A model generated the notes under the pieces. That model saw only the letters and a program-made list of their open reading frames with translations. It had not been told where the DNA came from and made no database searches. Positions 20,338 through 32,223 of a stretch of DNA of 64,000 nt are shown piece by piece. How positions within the stretch are numbered: the first letter of the stretch is position 1; every line of letters starts with the position of its first letter. Source of the DNA: Rhynchopus sp. YZ270_cl-10 (taxonomy: Eukaryota); contig OZ037842.1 in the NCBI GenBank assembly GCA_964035575.1, positions 558,001 to 622,000 on the forward strand, read 5' to 3'. A program made the translations under genes and the position numbers.

Positions 20338-21892
20338 ATGTTATGGTGGGGTGACGGTGGATAATAAAGAGAGCAGAATTTGGTCTTGGGAACGGTGGTT
20401 TTGAGGGGGTAAGGGAGGGTTTTTTTTTCTGCTTTCTTTGAAAACTTGGTTGTATTAGTGTACCCACCCTAGAGTGTGCTCCACTATACTACTTTTTTAT
20501 GTACTTCAAGCTGCAAAAAAAAAGGGAGCCCACAAAAGATGTTTTTTTATTATTGCTATTAACAGATTGTTCATAGCGACTCTGCTTTTCTAACTCTTAC
20601 CCCGCTGTAAATGCATTTGGCAAGAACATCAAAAAGACAGAATTTGAAAATAAATTAGAAGTTGGAAAAAAAATGAACATTTTTTGCATCATCAGCATAA
20701 TGCCCTCACCCGACAGATGGTAAATGGACGGCCACATATGCTTTTGTTGTTTGGTTTTGTTTTGTTTTTTGCTTTGTTTTTGGAAAGGGGAGTGGATCTA
20801 CGACTCTCTTCAGCTTCTAAAAAAACCAAAAATTCTGATAAAAAAAAAAGACAGAAAAATTGGTAGTCTTGTCTGAGCTTCAAAGAATATAAGTCAGAGG
20901 AGTGGAAAGGGGAAAAGGGAAAAGGGAAAGGCGGGAAAAGGAGTCTCTTGGACCATCAACGTGCCTTTTGTACAGAGAAAGGTTCGAGAAATGTGTCACA
21001 GAGTCTTTCAGGGTTTTAATCAGCGTAATAAGGGAGCAGGGTTGTTTGATTTGCAACAAACACAAAAAAAGGATCCTGATTTTTTGTCTGAAATTTGGTG
21101 GGATTTGGTGTTTAAACCAAACATCACCAAATTTCAGGCAAAATCAGGTGGAAAGGATCCCAAAAAATGGGTTATTCAGTACTAACTACAACGAGGGGGG
21201 GAAAAATGATTTTGATGCAGGCACCTCGGCTGACAACACCGAAAATACCGAAAATGTATAACAAAAGGAAACAATACCCCGCAGAAAAAAGGAAGGAAAA
21301 AGACAACAAAAATGACGGTTTTTTTTTTTAAAACCCTGCCTTCTCGTTGTGATTTTCTCCTTTTCTCTTTTTTGCAGTGTCTACTAACTACTCATATTAT
21401 TTGAACGAATAATTTCGACGTAAAATATACTGGAAAAAAATTATTTGAAATACTTTCCATTCTATTGAATAGAATGGTACAAGGTGCACTACTGGAACAA
21501 TAGAAAAAATTGAAAACAGATGAAATGAGATTTGCTTGAAGTGCACATCTTTCAAAAAAAGAGAAATTTGGTGAACCAAAAAGCCGTGTTTCTGGCCACC
21601 TAATCAAATTTCTTTTGTCTAAAGTACTCAAAACTACAAAAAAGAAAAAAGAAAAAAGAAAAAAGAAAACGATGCGGGGAAGCAATGTTCCTCGCTATCT
21701 ACGGGTACTACTTTGCAAAAGGGGTAGGAAAAAAAAAAATGTAACCAAAAAATCGGCCTGAAAGGCGCGTGAACATGCCTCGAATCATGAAGGCGTTTGA
21801 AAGAAGAAAAAAAGCATACTTTTGGATTGGCAAATAGTACATACGGTGAGTTTACATCAACGTTTTTTTATTTTATTTTTTAGAAACTTGGT

Positions 21893-22642
21893 CAGGGCGT
21901 TCGCTATCGCCATCGTTTTTTCCTGATCGTGGCGAAATGCCAAAACCCCCGAAATTTTCGTTTTTTTACTAGTGCTTAAAATAGGTCAAAAAAAATTTTC
22001 CCGCCGGAGAGAAGTTAGTTCGTGGGGTGAATCCCTGGTACTGAATGGTCAAAAAAAATTTGCGATTTGCGCGTGATCCCTTCCCCAGCACAAGTGATAT
22101 TACAGCTGAACTTTCCTGATACTAAAACCAGCAAAACGATGGAGAATTTCATCAATCCCCCCTCACTGAGGGTCTCTTTGTGTTGTTTAATCAAGCAGAT
22201 GTACAAGAGAGAGGCATCTGTCATATGAGACTTCATCCTTATTTTGATTATTTTCAACTCTCTGCCATTGAAGATAGAGTTGACACGAGCAGTGACACCT
22301 TCTATAACAGGGGGTACGGTACACCTTCAGCAGACTGCAGGATTGAGGAGCGAGCGGGAGTGCTGGGGAAACTTCCTCTCACGGCAGGCGGGTTTGCGGA
22401 TGATTTTGAGTACAGTGGACACCCCTCTGCGACCCCCCCTCCGGGGGGGTCTACAGGGTGGTGGGGAGAAATCTCTCTCTCTTTTTTTTTTTTTTCCCCC
22501 TTTTTTTATTTATTTATTTATTTATTTATACAGGGTTTCGCCCCGGTGGGGCGAAGCCCTGGGGCGAAATAAAATGTCATTTTTTCAGGAAAAGATTTTT
22601 TTAACGAAAAAAAATATTTTTCGCCCCGGGGCGAACGCCCTG
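21893..22642. mobile_element. Non-autonomous hAT-like DNA transposon (MITE), 750 bp
   Basis: 12-bp TIR CAGGGCGTTCGC / GCGAACGCCCTG. 8-bp TSD AACTTGGT at 21885-21892 and 22643-22650. Subterminal GGCGAA/TTCGCC motifs. Confidence 0.85.
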
Positions 22643-23599
22643 AACTTGGTATTAGTGTAGACACCTGAGGGTGAGCTTTATTTTTGCATGTGGATTGCAA
22701 GCGGTTGATGGAAAAGAACCGTCCGACGACAAAAGGCGGAGTCTGCATGTTTCACATATGGGGCAGGTTTGAGATAAATTATTTGAAAGAAATATGGAGA
22801 TTATGCATCATAGGACAAATGCAAGCTCCAAAGGGCTAATGAGGAAGCACAATGATACACTCATTTTGAGAAAAAACAACAAAAAATAACAATATTTTTA
22901 ACAAGTCTACTTCTACATTTGTTGAAAGACAACAAAAAAATAACACAAAAGGAGGGTTTACTGTTGTTGGGCTTTTCGAATAAATTTGCTCAGAGAACAT
23001 TTCAAACAAAAAAGCAAAGAAAATTGTAAGATGAATATATGCGCCTTATATTCACCTTTGAAAAATTATGTGCCAAGAATTACCCCAAGAAACTTCGTTA
23101 ACGACCAGAAAAAAGCAGAGTTAGCCAGAGAATAAGAACGAGGTGACGTTCAGCCTCTCAGAGAGGGAAACAACATGTCAAACAAGACCACAAAGAAAGA
23201 GAAAAGTTTATAAAGATAAACCTAAGCCTCTCGTGCTTAGTCACCTAAAGAAAACTTGCAAGATGAACGTGCCTCTCGTGCGCACACATCTTTTAGTTAC
23301 TGAGTATTTAAATAGAGCAGCTACGCTCCAACAGTATTAAGAGGGACAAAGACAGCATGGCCCAACAAACCTTTGCAATAAAGATAGTTCAGACCCACCT
23401 TTAAGTTTTTTTTTTTGACGAAAGTGAAAAATACCACTACTCTGCTGAGCCCAAAAATGTGCAAATAAAGCAAGAATTTTATTAAGAAATGAAAGTGAAT
23501 TCCACAGCGCAAAAAATAAAAAGAAACAAAGAAAGCTTGAGAGGGAAAAAAAATGGCCCCAAATAAGATGACGCCACTCTCCTTGTGGCGAGTTTGCTA

Positions 23600-26500
23600 C
23601 TAGAACTGGAAAACTTCGGTGTGGACGGGTACACCTGCCTCTGTTGCAGCGTCGCTCACAGAGTGCACGACTGGCTCAGGGCCACAGACGAAGCAGACAG
23701 AGTCATGGTCCGCCTGGCGGAGGTGTGAAGACCAATCGGGTCTGCCCTGGTGGAAGGTGAAGCCGCTTGGGAGGCCACACCTGTCGTCTGACGTGGGTGA
23801 GTGGAGCGGGTTGTCACTGACAGGGCTCTTCAGGCATTGGTGTGCTGGGTCAGCCTCCTCCTCAGGGTGTGTTGCCTTCTTCTCTGTGTTGTACATGTGC
23901 CACTCCACCTGACGCAGGCCCACCACAGAAGCCATCTTCTCAATATCCGCACGGAACGCGTCATAAACATCCTCACCACGGTAAGACCACACAATGGTGA
24001 CGTGTTTGAAATCAAGCTTCGCAACCTCAGTCATGTTCTTGTAGTGCGACATAAACCCAAGGACAGGAACAATCCCAACACCGCCAGCAAACAAAAAGAC
24101 GTGCCGTGCCTTCTCCTCGTTGAACATAAGGCGTCCATGTGGACCCGTCACAATCGCCTTCTCCCCAAGGTGGCAGTTCTGAAGGCGGTTCGACCACTCC
24201 CCCTTCCCTTGGTCTTTGCAGTACACACTGAACGCGGTGAGCTCGGAACTGTTCTGCCTCGTGGCAGCAGGCTCGATCATCCCAACGGAGAGGGGGTGTG
24301 TCTCAGGTACTGCCTTGTCGATGCTGGGGATGCGCAGGGTCACCCACTGACCAGGCGAGTAGGTGAAGTTCTTCTTCATAATCGTCAACTTCGTGATACC
24401 AGCTGGCGACCGAGTGACCTCAATGATCTCTGCAGGATCCTTCAGAGTAGCAACCGTCTGCACAGCAACATCCACGACGTACAGAATGACAGGGATGCCA
24501 GAGAAGATCATGAGGGTTGGGTAGTGCACCCACGCAAGAGGGTACAGAACAACGTACAGCATGTGTGTCATGATGAAGAAGTTGTAGTGCTTCCTCCTCA
24601 CAACAGCACCAGCACTGATGAACAGCTGCACAAAGAAGCAGAGCAGACCTGCCAACGGCGGGCCGTGTGGGTATCCAATCTGCCACTTCACCATCCGGTC
24701 AAACGCCTTCTCCACTGCCTTGCTTCCTGACACACCGTCTGCGTAACCAATGTACGCCCCTGTTGTGCGGGAACGCACTGGCTCTCCGTACTTGTAGTAC
24801 TCAGCGTGGCTAATCAGCATCAGAAGGAAGTGAAGGAACATCAGCGTCAACACCCATGTTCCCAGACGTGTGTGGAACCTGAGTGCACGTTCGTACGGAA
24901 TGCCAAAGGTGAAGAGAAGCACTGAGTTCTTTGCCACAGGGAACAGCTGCAGTGTCAGAATACCGCACAACATACCACCGAATCCGCGTCCAGCAGGCGA
25001 GACAAGGTTGTTGATGTACGCGTGGTTCCACACGTACAGGTAGCACAGCACCAGCCACCCGACTATCCACAGTGCAACCACCAGCTCACACCACGTCAGC
25101 GAGAGTGGCACAATGAAACGCTCCTCCAACTGTGCGGCAATGCCAGTGGGTGCCTTGCACAGACGGCGCTGGTAGCTGTCCTTGAACACCACCATCCCCA
25201 CGAGTGCAAAGATAACCATCAGCAACATCCAGGCAATGAGCAGGTACGCAATGGGCTCGCCGTGGTCGCCACGCCACTCGAAGTAGATCTGACCGCCTTT
25301 CGTGTGTCCGTCACCTGAAGCGAACTTCGACCACACAAAGTACGGCTGCTTTGTCTTTGATGAGCAGCCTGCACGTCCTGTGCAGCCTTGCCCGTTCACG
25401 ACACCGTACTTGGGACGGAAGCCGTAGGCTGCGTCACCGTCTCCAGTATCGTCGCCATCTCCTGTGTCGTCGCCATCGAAACCATCGTCGCCAGATTGCA
25501 CGCGAGCAGTGCGACGGTTTGCCGTGGTATCACCAGTGTCAGCCGTCAGGGTGTGAACCTTGCAGAGACACTTCCTAGACGTAGAAGAGGCAGTGCAGCA
25601 ACAGTCAGTGCCTTCGGTCATCATCCCGTCACCAGTGTCGTAACCTGAATGGCTAGCGTCATCACCAGTGTCGTCACCCATGCTGCCGTCAGCGTCATCG
25701 CCAGTATCATCACCAGCATCATCACCAGTGTTGTCACACTTCTCAATGGTCAAGGACTGACGTCCACGGCTAGCTCCGCCGTGGTATGCCCAGGTTGATC
25801 CAACTTCGCCAGTTCCGACAGCAAACGCAATTCCAAACGCAGTACCAAACACAAGCGACTTCGTACTGCTCGCAGGGTCCATGTCGTAAATGTTGCGCTG
25901 GAACGTGCACGTCAGTGACCCACCTGTTTCTGTCGATGTTCCAGGAGTTGTCTCGGTATTGTCCTGTGTTGTGGGTGCTCCAGTGCCAGCCACTTGAGCG
26001 AATCCCTGTGGGTTCACGGAAGTCGAGCAAGCAACAATGTTTAAGCCGTTCATCTTGTCAGGTGAGGCATTATCAGCAAACCCAAGCGCTGCGTACTGTG
26101 GTGTGGAGCCAGAGTTCAAAGTGAGGGTGAACTGCACTTGGTCCTGTCCTGCATCCTTCCCAACAACGTACGACACCTGAATGCTGCCAAGGTTCACGTT
26201 GTTGCTGGGGCATGAGGCAACAAAACCACTGCCGTCAGCGTCATCGCCCGTGTCGTCACCCGTACTGCCGTCAGCGTCATTTCCAGCATCATTACCAGTG
26301 TCGTCACCAGTGTTGTCGCCCGTGTCGTCACCAGTGTTGTCGCCCGTGTCGTCACCAGTGTCATCGCCCGTGTCGTCACCCGTGCTGCCGTCAGCGTCAT
26401 TACCAGCATCATCACCAGTGTTGTCACACTTCTCAATGGTCAAGGACTGACGTCCACGGTTAGCTCCGCCGTGGTATGCCCAGGTTGATCCAACTTCGCC

Positions 26501-28300
26501 AGTTCCGACAGCAAACGCAGTTCCAAACGCAGTACCAAACACAAGCGACTTCGTACTGCTCGCAGGGTCCATGTCGTAAATGTTGCGCTGGAACGTGCAC
26601 GTCAGTGACCCACCTGTTTCTGCCGACGTTCCAGGAGTTGTCTCAGTGTTATCCTGTGTTGTGGGTGCTCCAGTGCCAGCCACCTGAGCGAATCCCTGTG
26701 GGTTCACGGAAGTCGAGCAAGCAACAATGTTTAAGCCGTTCATCTTGTCAGGTGAGGCATTATCAGCAAACCCAAGCGCTGCGTACTGTGGTGTGGAGCC
26801 AGAGTTCAAAGTGAGGGTGAACTGCACTTGGTCCTGTCCTGCATCCTTCCCAACAACGTACGACACCTGAATGCTGCCAAGGTTCACGTTGTTGCTGGGG
26901 CATGAGGCAACAAAACCACTGCCGTCAGCGTCATCGCCAGTATCATCACCAGTGTCGTCACCAGTGTCATCGCCTGTGCTGTCGCCTGTGCTGTCGCCGG
27001 TGTCGTCGCCATCTCTTCCACCACCAATAGTCAAAGGGGTTGCTGGGATAAATGCGCACCTGCACTTCCTAGCTTTGTGGTGCAAGGTCTGAGACAAACA
27101 GTAACTGGGCATGCTGCCGCCAGCAGTGTCGTAGCCCGTGCTGCCGTCAGCATCATCGCCAGTATTGTCACCAGTGTCATCGCCCGTGTCGTCACCCGTG
27201 CTGCCGTCAGCGTCATTACCAGCATCATCACCAGTGTTGTCACACTTCTCAATGGTCAAGGACTGACGTCCACGGCTAGCTCCGCCGTGGTATGCCCAGG
27301 TTGATCCAACTTCGCCAGTTCCGACAGCAAACGCAATTCCAAACGCAGTACCAAACACAAGCGACTTCGTGCTGCTCGCAGGGTCCATGTCGTAAATGTT
27401 GCGCTGGAACGTGCACGTCAGTGACCCACCTGTTTCTGTCGATGTTCCAGGAGTTGTCTCGGTATTGTCCTGTGTTGTGGGTGCTCCAGGGCTAGCCACT
27501 TGAGCGAATCCCTGTGGGTTCACGGAAGTCGAGCAAGCAACAATGTTTAAGCCGTTCATCTTGTCAGGTGAGGCATTATCAGCAAACCCAAGCGCTGCGT
27601 ACTGTGGTGTGGAGCCAGAGTTCAAAGTGAGGGTGAACTGCACTTGGTCCTGTCCTGCATCCTTCCCAACAACATACGACACCTGAATGCTGCCAAGGTT
27701 CACATTGTTGCTGGGGCATGAGGCAACAAAACCACTGCCGTCAGCGTCATCGCCAGTATCATCACCAGTGTCGTCACCAGTGTCGTCACCAGTGTCATCA
27801 CCAGTGTCATCGCCAGTGTTGTCACCCGTGCTGCCATCAGCGTCATTGCCAGCATCATCACCAGTGTCGTCGCCCGTGTCATCACCAGTGTCATCGCCAG
27901 TGTTGTCACCCGTGCTGCCGCCAGCGTCATCGCCAGTGTCGTCGCCATCATAACCGTACAGGTCACAAGAACACACCGTGCCCCTCCAGGGCTGAACAAA
28001 ACACGTCATGCATTGGCTTCCCGAGTCGCACGGGGAAGCGAAGCAGGCTTCCCCAACCCCTTTGATAGGGCCCGCTGCCGTGGCGAAGAGGCACTCGCAC
28101 GACGTACCCTCACACACGCATGCTGTGCCGGGCAGCGCTTGCGGCGCTGCACTCAACACTGTCGGCATGCCATCACCTGTGTCGTCCCCGTCACCTGCAT
28201 CGTCGCCATCACCACCTGCATCTTCCACACGCGCAAGACCCATGAGCGTGAAGACTACCCATGACAAAAACAGGGTCAACGCTGCTGCTAGCCGATACAT
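23600..28300 (-). CDS. Ferric reductase/NOX-family flavocytochrome with three N-terminal DOMON domains and acidic GDDT linkers (copy 1)
   Basis: Likely start MYRLAAALTL at 28300, matching the paralog starts. Heme His pairs RFHTRLG..FLHF and THMLY..WVHYP. FAD motif HPLS. NADPH motifs GPHG, AGGVGIVP, CGP and terminal EVFQF. Three near-identical YAALGF..KM..LTCTFQR..YHG DOMON-like units. Confidence 0.88.
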   Translation of the reverse strand: MYRLAAALTLFLSWVVFTLMGLARVEDAGGDGDDAGDGDDTGDGMPTVLSAAPQALPGTACVCEGTSCECLFATAAGPIKGVGEACFASPCDSGSQCMTCFVQPWRGTVCSCDLYGYDGDDTGDDAGGSTGDNTGDDTGDDTGDDTGDDAGNDADGSTGDNTGDDTGDDTGDDTGDDTGDDTGDDADGSGFVASCPSNNVNLGSIQVSYVVGKDAGQDQVQFTLTLNSGSTPQYAALGFADNASPDKMNGLNIVACSTSVNPQGFAQVASPGAPTTQDNTETTPGTSTETGGSLTCTFQRNIYDMDPASSTKSLVFGTAFGIAFAVGTGEVGSTWAYHGGASRGRQSLTIEKCDNTGDDAGNDADGSTGDDTGDDTGDNTGDDADGSTGYDTAGGSMPSYCLSQTLHHKARKCRCAFIPATPLTIGGGRDGDDTGDSTGDSTGDDTGDDTGDDTGDDADGSGFVASCPSNNVNLGSIQVSYVVGKDAGQDQVQFTLTLNSGSTPQYAALGFADNASPDKMNGLNIVACSTSVNPQGFAQVAGTGAPTTQDNTETTPGTSAETGGSLTCTFQRNIYDMDPASSTKSLVFGTAFGTAFAVGTGEVGSTWAYHGGANRGRQSLTIEKCDNTGDDAGNDADGSTGDDTGDDTGDDTGDNTGDDTGDNTGDDTGNDAGNDADGSTGDDTGDDADGSGFVASCPSNNVNLGSIQVSYVVGKDAGQDQVQFTLTLNSGSTPQYAALGFADNASPDKMNGLNIVACSTSVNPQGFAQVAGTGAPTTQDNTETTPGTSTETGGSLTCTFQRNIYDMDPASSTKSLVFGTAFGIAFAVGTGEVGSTWAYHGGASRGRQSLTIEKCDNTGDDAGDDTGDDADGSMGDDTGDDASHSGYDTGDGMMTEGTDCCCTASSTSRKCLCKVHTLTADTGDTTANRRTARVQSGDDGFDGDDTGDGDDTGDGDAAYGFRPKYGVVNGQGCTGRAGCSSKTKQPYFVWSKFASGDGHTKGGQIYFEWRGDHGEPIAYLLIAWMLLMVIFALVGMVVFKDSYQRRLCKAPTGIAAQLEERFIVPLSLTWCELVVALWIVGWLVLCYLYVWNHAYINNLVSPAGRGFGGMLCGILTLQLFPVAKNSVLLFTFGIPYERALRFHTRLGTWVLTLMFLHFLLMLISHAEYYKYGEPVRSRTTGAYIGYADGVSGSKAVEKAFDRMVKWQIGYPHGPPLAGLLCFFVQLFISAGAVVRRKHYNFFIMTHMLYVVLYPLAWVHYPTLMIFSGIPVILYVVDVAVQTVATLKDPAEIIEVTRSPAGITKLTIMKKNFTYSPGQWVTLRIPSIDKAVPETHPLSVGMIEPAATRQNSSELTAFSVYCKDQGKGEWSNRLQNCHLGEKAIVTGPHGRLMFNEEKARHVFLFAGGVGIVPVLGFMSHYKNMTEVAKLDFKHVTIVWSYRGEDVYDAFRADIEKMASVVGLRQVEWHMYNTEKKATHPEEEADPAHQCLKSPVSDNPLHSPTSDDRCGLPSGFTFHQGRPDWSSHLRQADHDSVCFVCGPEPVVHSVSDAATEAGVPVHTEVFQF

Positions 28301-30024
28301 GTCTAAGGAAAGCCCTGTGGAGTGAGTGGAGGTTTGGGGATATAGATGAGGAAAACAAATGGGGCATTGACGCACTTGACTGACAAGAACATAGTTATGC
28401 ATTCAATAACAAAACAACAAGACAACTGCTGGGATCCTTAAAGACATTCTTTTTGTTAAGGGTCGTTGCCGGGAGGGTCTGCTTCACACGAGTACATGAA
28501 GTTGATAGGGAAAAGATAATTGCAATGCGGCATTTGAACCCTTCCAGGCCTCCCGTGTACCTATACGCTGAGAAAGATTTGTTTTCTTGGAGCGTTCGAA
28601 TGGTTCAGCCAAACAAAATGAACGCATTTGTTGTACCAACAATTGCCTACTGAGGGTTCTGTACATTTCCCCTCGAATGGGCGAGGGTACAGACCCCACC
28701 TCATCTCTGAGGGGGCAGAAATGATGCATTTCATTTGACAAAACGTGGATAGGGGGAGCTGGCCAGGGTGGCCACGTACGATTGGGGCAAAAGACAAAAA
28801 TAAAAAAATAAAACGTGCGGGCTGTTTTAGAAAGTGCGGAAGATATGTGTGAACAATGCAAAAAGGAACACCAGTTCTCGCCAGCGCCCTTATTGCACGG
28901 TCACAACCACACAGTGTGCTGAAACTCACTCTACCAATATAAACGAAAATTACTAATGTACTACTAAAGACGTGAAAAGATCAAGGGGACAAAATCGGTC
29001 ACGAATAAGGTGTTGGTAGTGTGCACAATGTGCACAAAAGGTTGCAAAGGGCATACAATGAAAACGATGTTGTTTTGTTGTCGACAATCGCCTGAGGACC
29101 CGCTTGGGGAACCTAGGGTCTGTACTCACTGTTGCTTTTTTTAATTTTTTTTTCAAACAAATTCATTCAAATGAGCAATAGCTAAACCTACAGACACTAC
29201 AACACCTCAAATCCCTCTGAAGAACGTTTTGGTGTGGCACTGCCCAAAAAAAATTAATACAATTTAAACGCAAATGGGGAAAACAAGAACAAGACGCATA
29301 ATATACAATGTTCCTGAGTCCACAGGTCCAGACCACCCTCTCTGACAAACCTCTGGCGGACTCCAGCACACTACACACTAAGCGAGAAGTTGGAAGATGG
29401 TATGCCTCACACACATACACACCTGAACGAGAAAAAAAGTCACCTTTCTCCACCCAAAAAAAATAAAAAAAACCCGGAGTTAGAAGTGGGTGTATGAAAT
29501 GTGACCAAAAAAGAGAAGACAAACGCGCTACGCTACTACTGGGGATGTGGAGTAAAAATAGACACAAAGCGGAAGAGCTCTCGCCCCTTGCTTCAAAATG
29601 GGGGTACTAAAATGACCTTAAGCTTTCAATGCAACTCGAGGCAATCGCCAAAGGTGACTCAGAAAAAAAAACGAACCTCAAAACTTTTTTTAAAAAAACC
29701 TTTACCGTTTGCAAGGGCTCCGCCATCGCCATATCGGTGACAGTTATGGCAACGGCTCGCTCTGCTGCTCTATAGGGACATAGCTTTTTGCAGAACCATG
29801 ACTCACTGCAGGTATGAAAGACATTGTCTCCCGCCCTTAGCAGGTTGAGGTGTGCCCGAGAGACAAAAGCGACCCATCTAAGGGTTGATAGACTACGTAA
29901 CTGAGAGGCGCAAGAGGATGTAAAATTGGGGAGAGCAACAACAATGAAGGTAAGATGAACCAAAGCCAGGTGTGCTTGGTCACCTTCCAAAAGAAAAGAA
30001 AAATTGGGCGGGGGAAAAAGGGGT

Positions 30025-32223
30025 CTAGAACTGGAAAACTTCGGTGTGGACGGGTACACCTGCCTCCGTTGCAGCGTCGCTCACGGAGTGCACGACTGGC
30101 TCAGGGCCACAGACGAAGCAGACAGAGTCAGAAGCGTTGTCGGCCTGGCGGAGGAAGGAGGCCCAGTCAGGCCTGCCCTGGTTGAAGGAGAAGTTGTTAG
30201 GAGCGTTGAATGCGGGGCTGGGTTTGTGCAGGGGGTGGCCTACGCGCTGAGAGTTGTTCTGGAACAGATTCTTGATAGGGTTTCCGTCGTCCCTTGGCGA
30301 GGATCCTTTGTCTGTGTTGTACATGTGCCATTCCACCTGACGCAGGCCCTGTACACTAGACAGATACTCAATGTCCTGTCCAAAGGCCTCATACACATCC
30401 TCGCCACGGTAAGACCACACAATGGTGACGTACTTGAAATCAATCTTCGAAGGGTTCGTAACAGAAAGGTTCTTGTAGTGCGACATAAACCCAAGGACAG
30501 GAACAATCCCAACACCGCCAGCAAACAAAAAGACGTGCCGTGCCTTCTCCTCGTTGAACATAAGGCGTCCATGTGGACCCGTCACAATCGCCTTCTCCCC
30601 AAGGTGGCAGTTCTGAAGGCGGTTCGACCACTCCCCCTTCCCTTGGTCTTTGCAGTACACACTGAAGAACGAAAACTCTGCGCCGCTTGCGTGGTTAGCG
30701 CTTGACCCTGCTTCGCAGAGACCAACGGAGAGGGGGTGTGTCTCAGGTACTGCCTTGTCGATGCTGGGGATGCGCAGGGTCACCCACTGACCAGGCGAGT
30801 AGGTGAAGTTCTTCTTCATAATCGTCAACTTCGTGATACCAGCTGGCAACCGCATAACTTTGACAATCTCTCCAGGGTTCGAGTAGCTCGAGACTGTCTG
30901 CACAGCAACATCCACAACGTACAGAATGACAGGGATGCCAGAGAAGATCATGAGGGTTGGGTAGTGCACCCACGCAAGAGGGTACAGAACAACGTACAGC
31001 ATGTGTGTCATGATGAAGAAGTTGTAGTGCTTCCTCCTCACAACAGCACCAGCACTGATGAACAGCTGCACAAAGAAGCAGAGCAGACCTGCCAACGGCG
31101 GGCCGTGTGGGTATCCAATCTGCCACTTCACCATCCGGTCAAACGCCTTCTCCACTGCCTTGCTTCCTGACACACCGTCTGCGTAACCAATGTACGCTCC
31201 TGTTGTGCGGGAACGCACTGGCTCTCCGTACTTGTAGTGCTCAGCATGGCCAATCAGCATCAGAAGGAAGTGAAGGAACATCGTTGCCAACACCCATGTT
31301 CCCAGACGTGTGTGGAACCTGAGTGCACGTTCGTACGGAATGCCAAAGGTGAAGAGAAGCACTGAGTTCTTTGCCACAGGGAACAGCTGCAGTGTCAGAA
31401 TACCGCACAGCACACCACCGACTCCACGTCCAACAGGCGACACAAGGTTGTTGATGTACGCGTGGTTCCACACGTACAGGTAGCACAGCACCAGCCACCC
31501 AACAATCCACAGTGCAACCACCAGCTCACACCACGTCAGCGAGAGTGGCACAATGAAACGCTCCTCCAACTGTGCGGCAATGCCAGTGGGTGCCTTGCAC
31601 AGACGGCGCTGGTAGCTGTCCTTGAACACCACCATCCCCACGAGTGCAAAGATAACCATCAGCAACATCCAGGCAATGAGCAGGTACGCAATGGGCTCGC
31701 CGTGGTCGCCACGCCACTCGAAGTAGATCTGACCGCCTCTCGCGTGTCCGTCACCTGAAGCGAACTTCGACCACACAAAGTACGGCTGCTTTGTCTTTGA
31801 TGAGCAGCCTGCACGTCCTGTGCAGCCTTGCCCGTTCACGACACCGTACTTGGGACGGAAGACGTAGGCTGCGTCACCGTCTCCAGTATCGTCGCCATCT
31901 CCTGTGTCGTCGCCTGTGTGATCGCCAACGTCCCCTGTATGGTCGCCAACATCCCCTGTATGATCACCAACGTCCCCTGTGTGATCGCCTGCTGTATCCA
32001 TCATGACAGCGGCCGCGCGGTTGCCACCATCGTCACCATCGTGACCGTCGGCAGCATCTTTACCAGCGTCTCCTCCAGCATCCGCATCTCCAGTGTCATC
32101 ACCGTCTTTGCCATCACCTGCATCGTCGCCGTCACCACCCACCTGTTCCACACGCACAAACCCCATTATCATGAAGATAACCCATGCCAAAAGCAGGGTC
32201 AACGCTGCTGCCAATCTATGCAT
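30025..32223 (-). CDS. Ferric reductase/NOX-family flavocytochrome (copy 2, GDDT/GDHT linker, no DOMON)
   Basis: Same TM, FAD and NADPH motifs, with long stretches nearly identical to copy 1. Confidence 0.9.
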   Translation of the reverse strand: MHRLAAALTLLLAWVIFMIMGFVRVEQVGGDGDDAGDGKDGDDTGDADAGGDAGKDAADGHDGDDGGNRAAAVMMDTAGDHTGDVGDHTGDVGDHTGDVGDHTGDDTGDGDDTGDGDAAYVFRPKYGVVNGQGCTGRAGCSSKTKQPYFVWSKFASGDGHARGGQIYFEWRGDHGEPIAYLLIAWMLLMVIFALVGMVVFKDSYQRRLCKAPTGIAAQLEERFIVPLSLTWCELVVALWIVGWLVLCYLYVWNHAYINNLVSPVGRGVGGVLCGILTLQLFPVAKNSVLLFTFGIPYERALRFHTRLGTWVLATMFLHFLLMLIGHAEHYKYGEPVRSRTTGAYIGYADGVSGSKAVEKAFDRMVKWQIGYPHGPPLAGLLCFFVQLFISAGAVVRRKHYNFFIMTHMLYVVLYPLAWVHYPTLMIFSGIPVILYVVDVAVQTVSSYSNPGEIVKVMRLPAGITKLTIMKKNFTYSPGQWVTLRIPSIDKAVPETHPLSVGLCEAGSSANHASGAEFSFFSVYCKDQGKGEWSNRLQNCHLGEKAIVTGPHGRLMFNEEKARHVFLFAGGVGIVPVLGFMSHYKNLSVTNPSKIDFKYVTIVWSYRGEDVYEAFGQDIEYLSSVQGLRQVEWHMYNTDKGSSPRDDGNPIKNLFQNNSQRVGHPLHKPSPAFNAPNNFSFNQGRPDWASFLRQADNASDSVCFVCGPEPVVHSVSDAATEAGVPVHTEVFQF

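Noticed and set aside
20198..20467. His-Pro repeat N-terminal extension of the PGPG protein
   Set aside because: It depends on a GTG start and the (GGGTGT)n microsatellite. The ATG at 20197 is the more plausible start.
28301..28402. N-terminal extension of reductase copy 1 in the ORF track
   Set aside because: Paralogs begin at M(H/Y)RLAAA, which corresponds to 28300 and is preceded by an AG.
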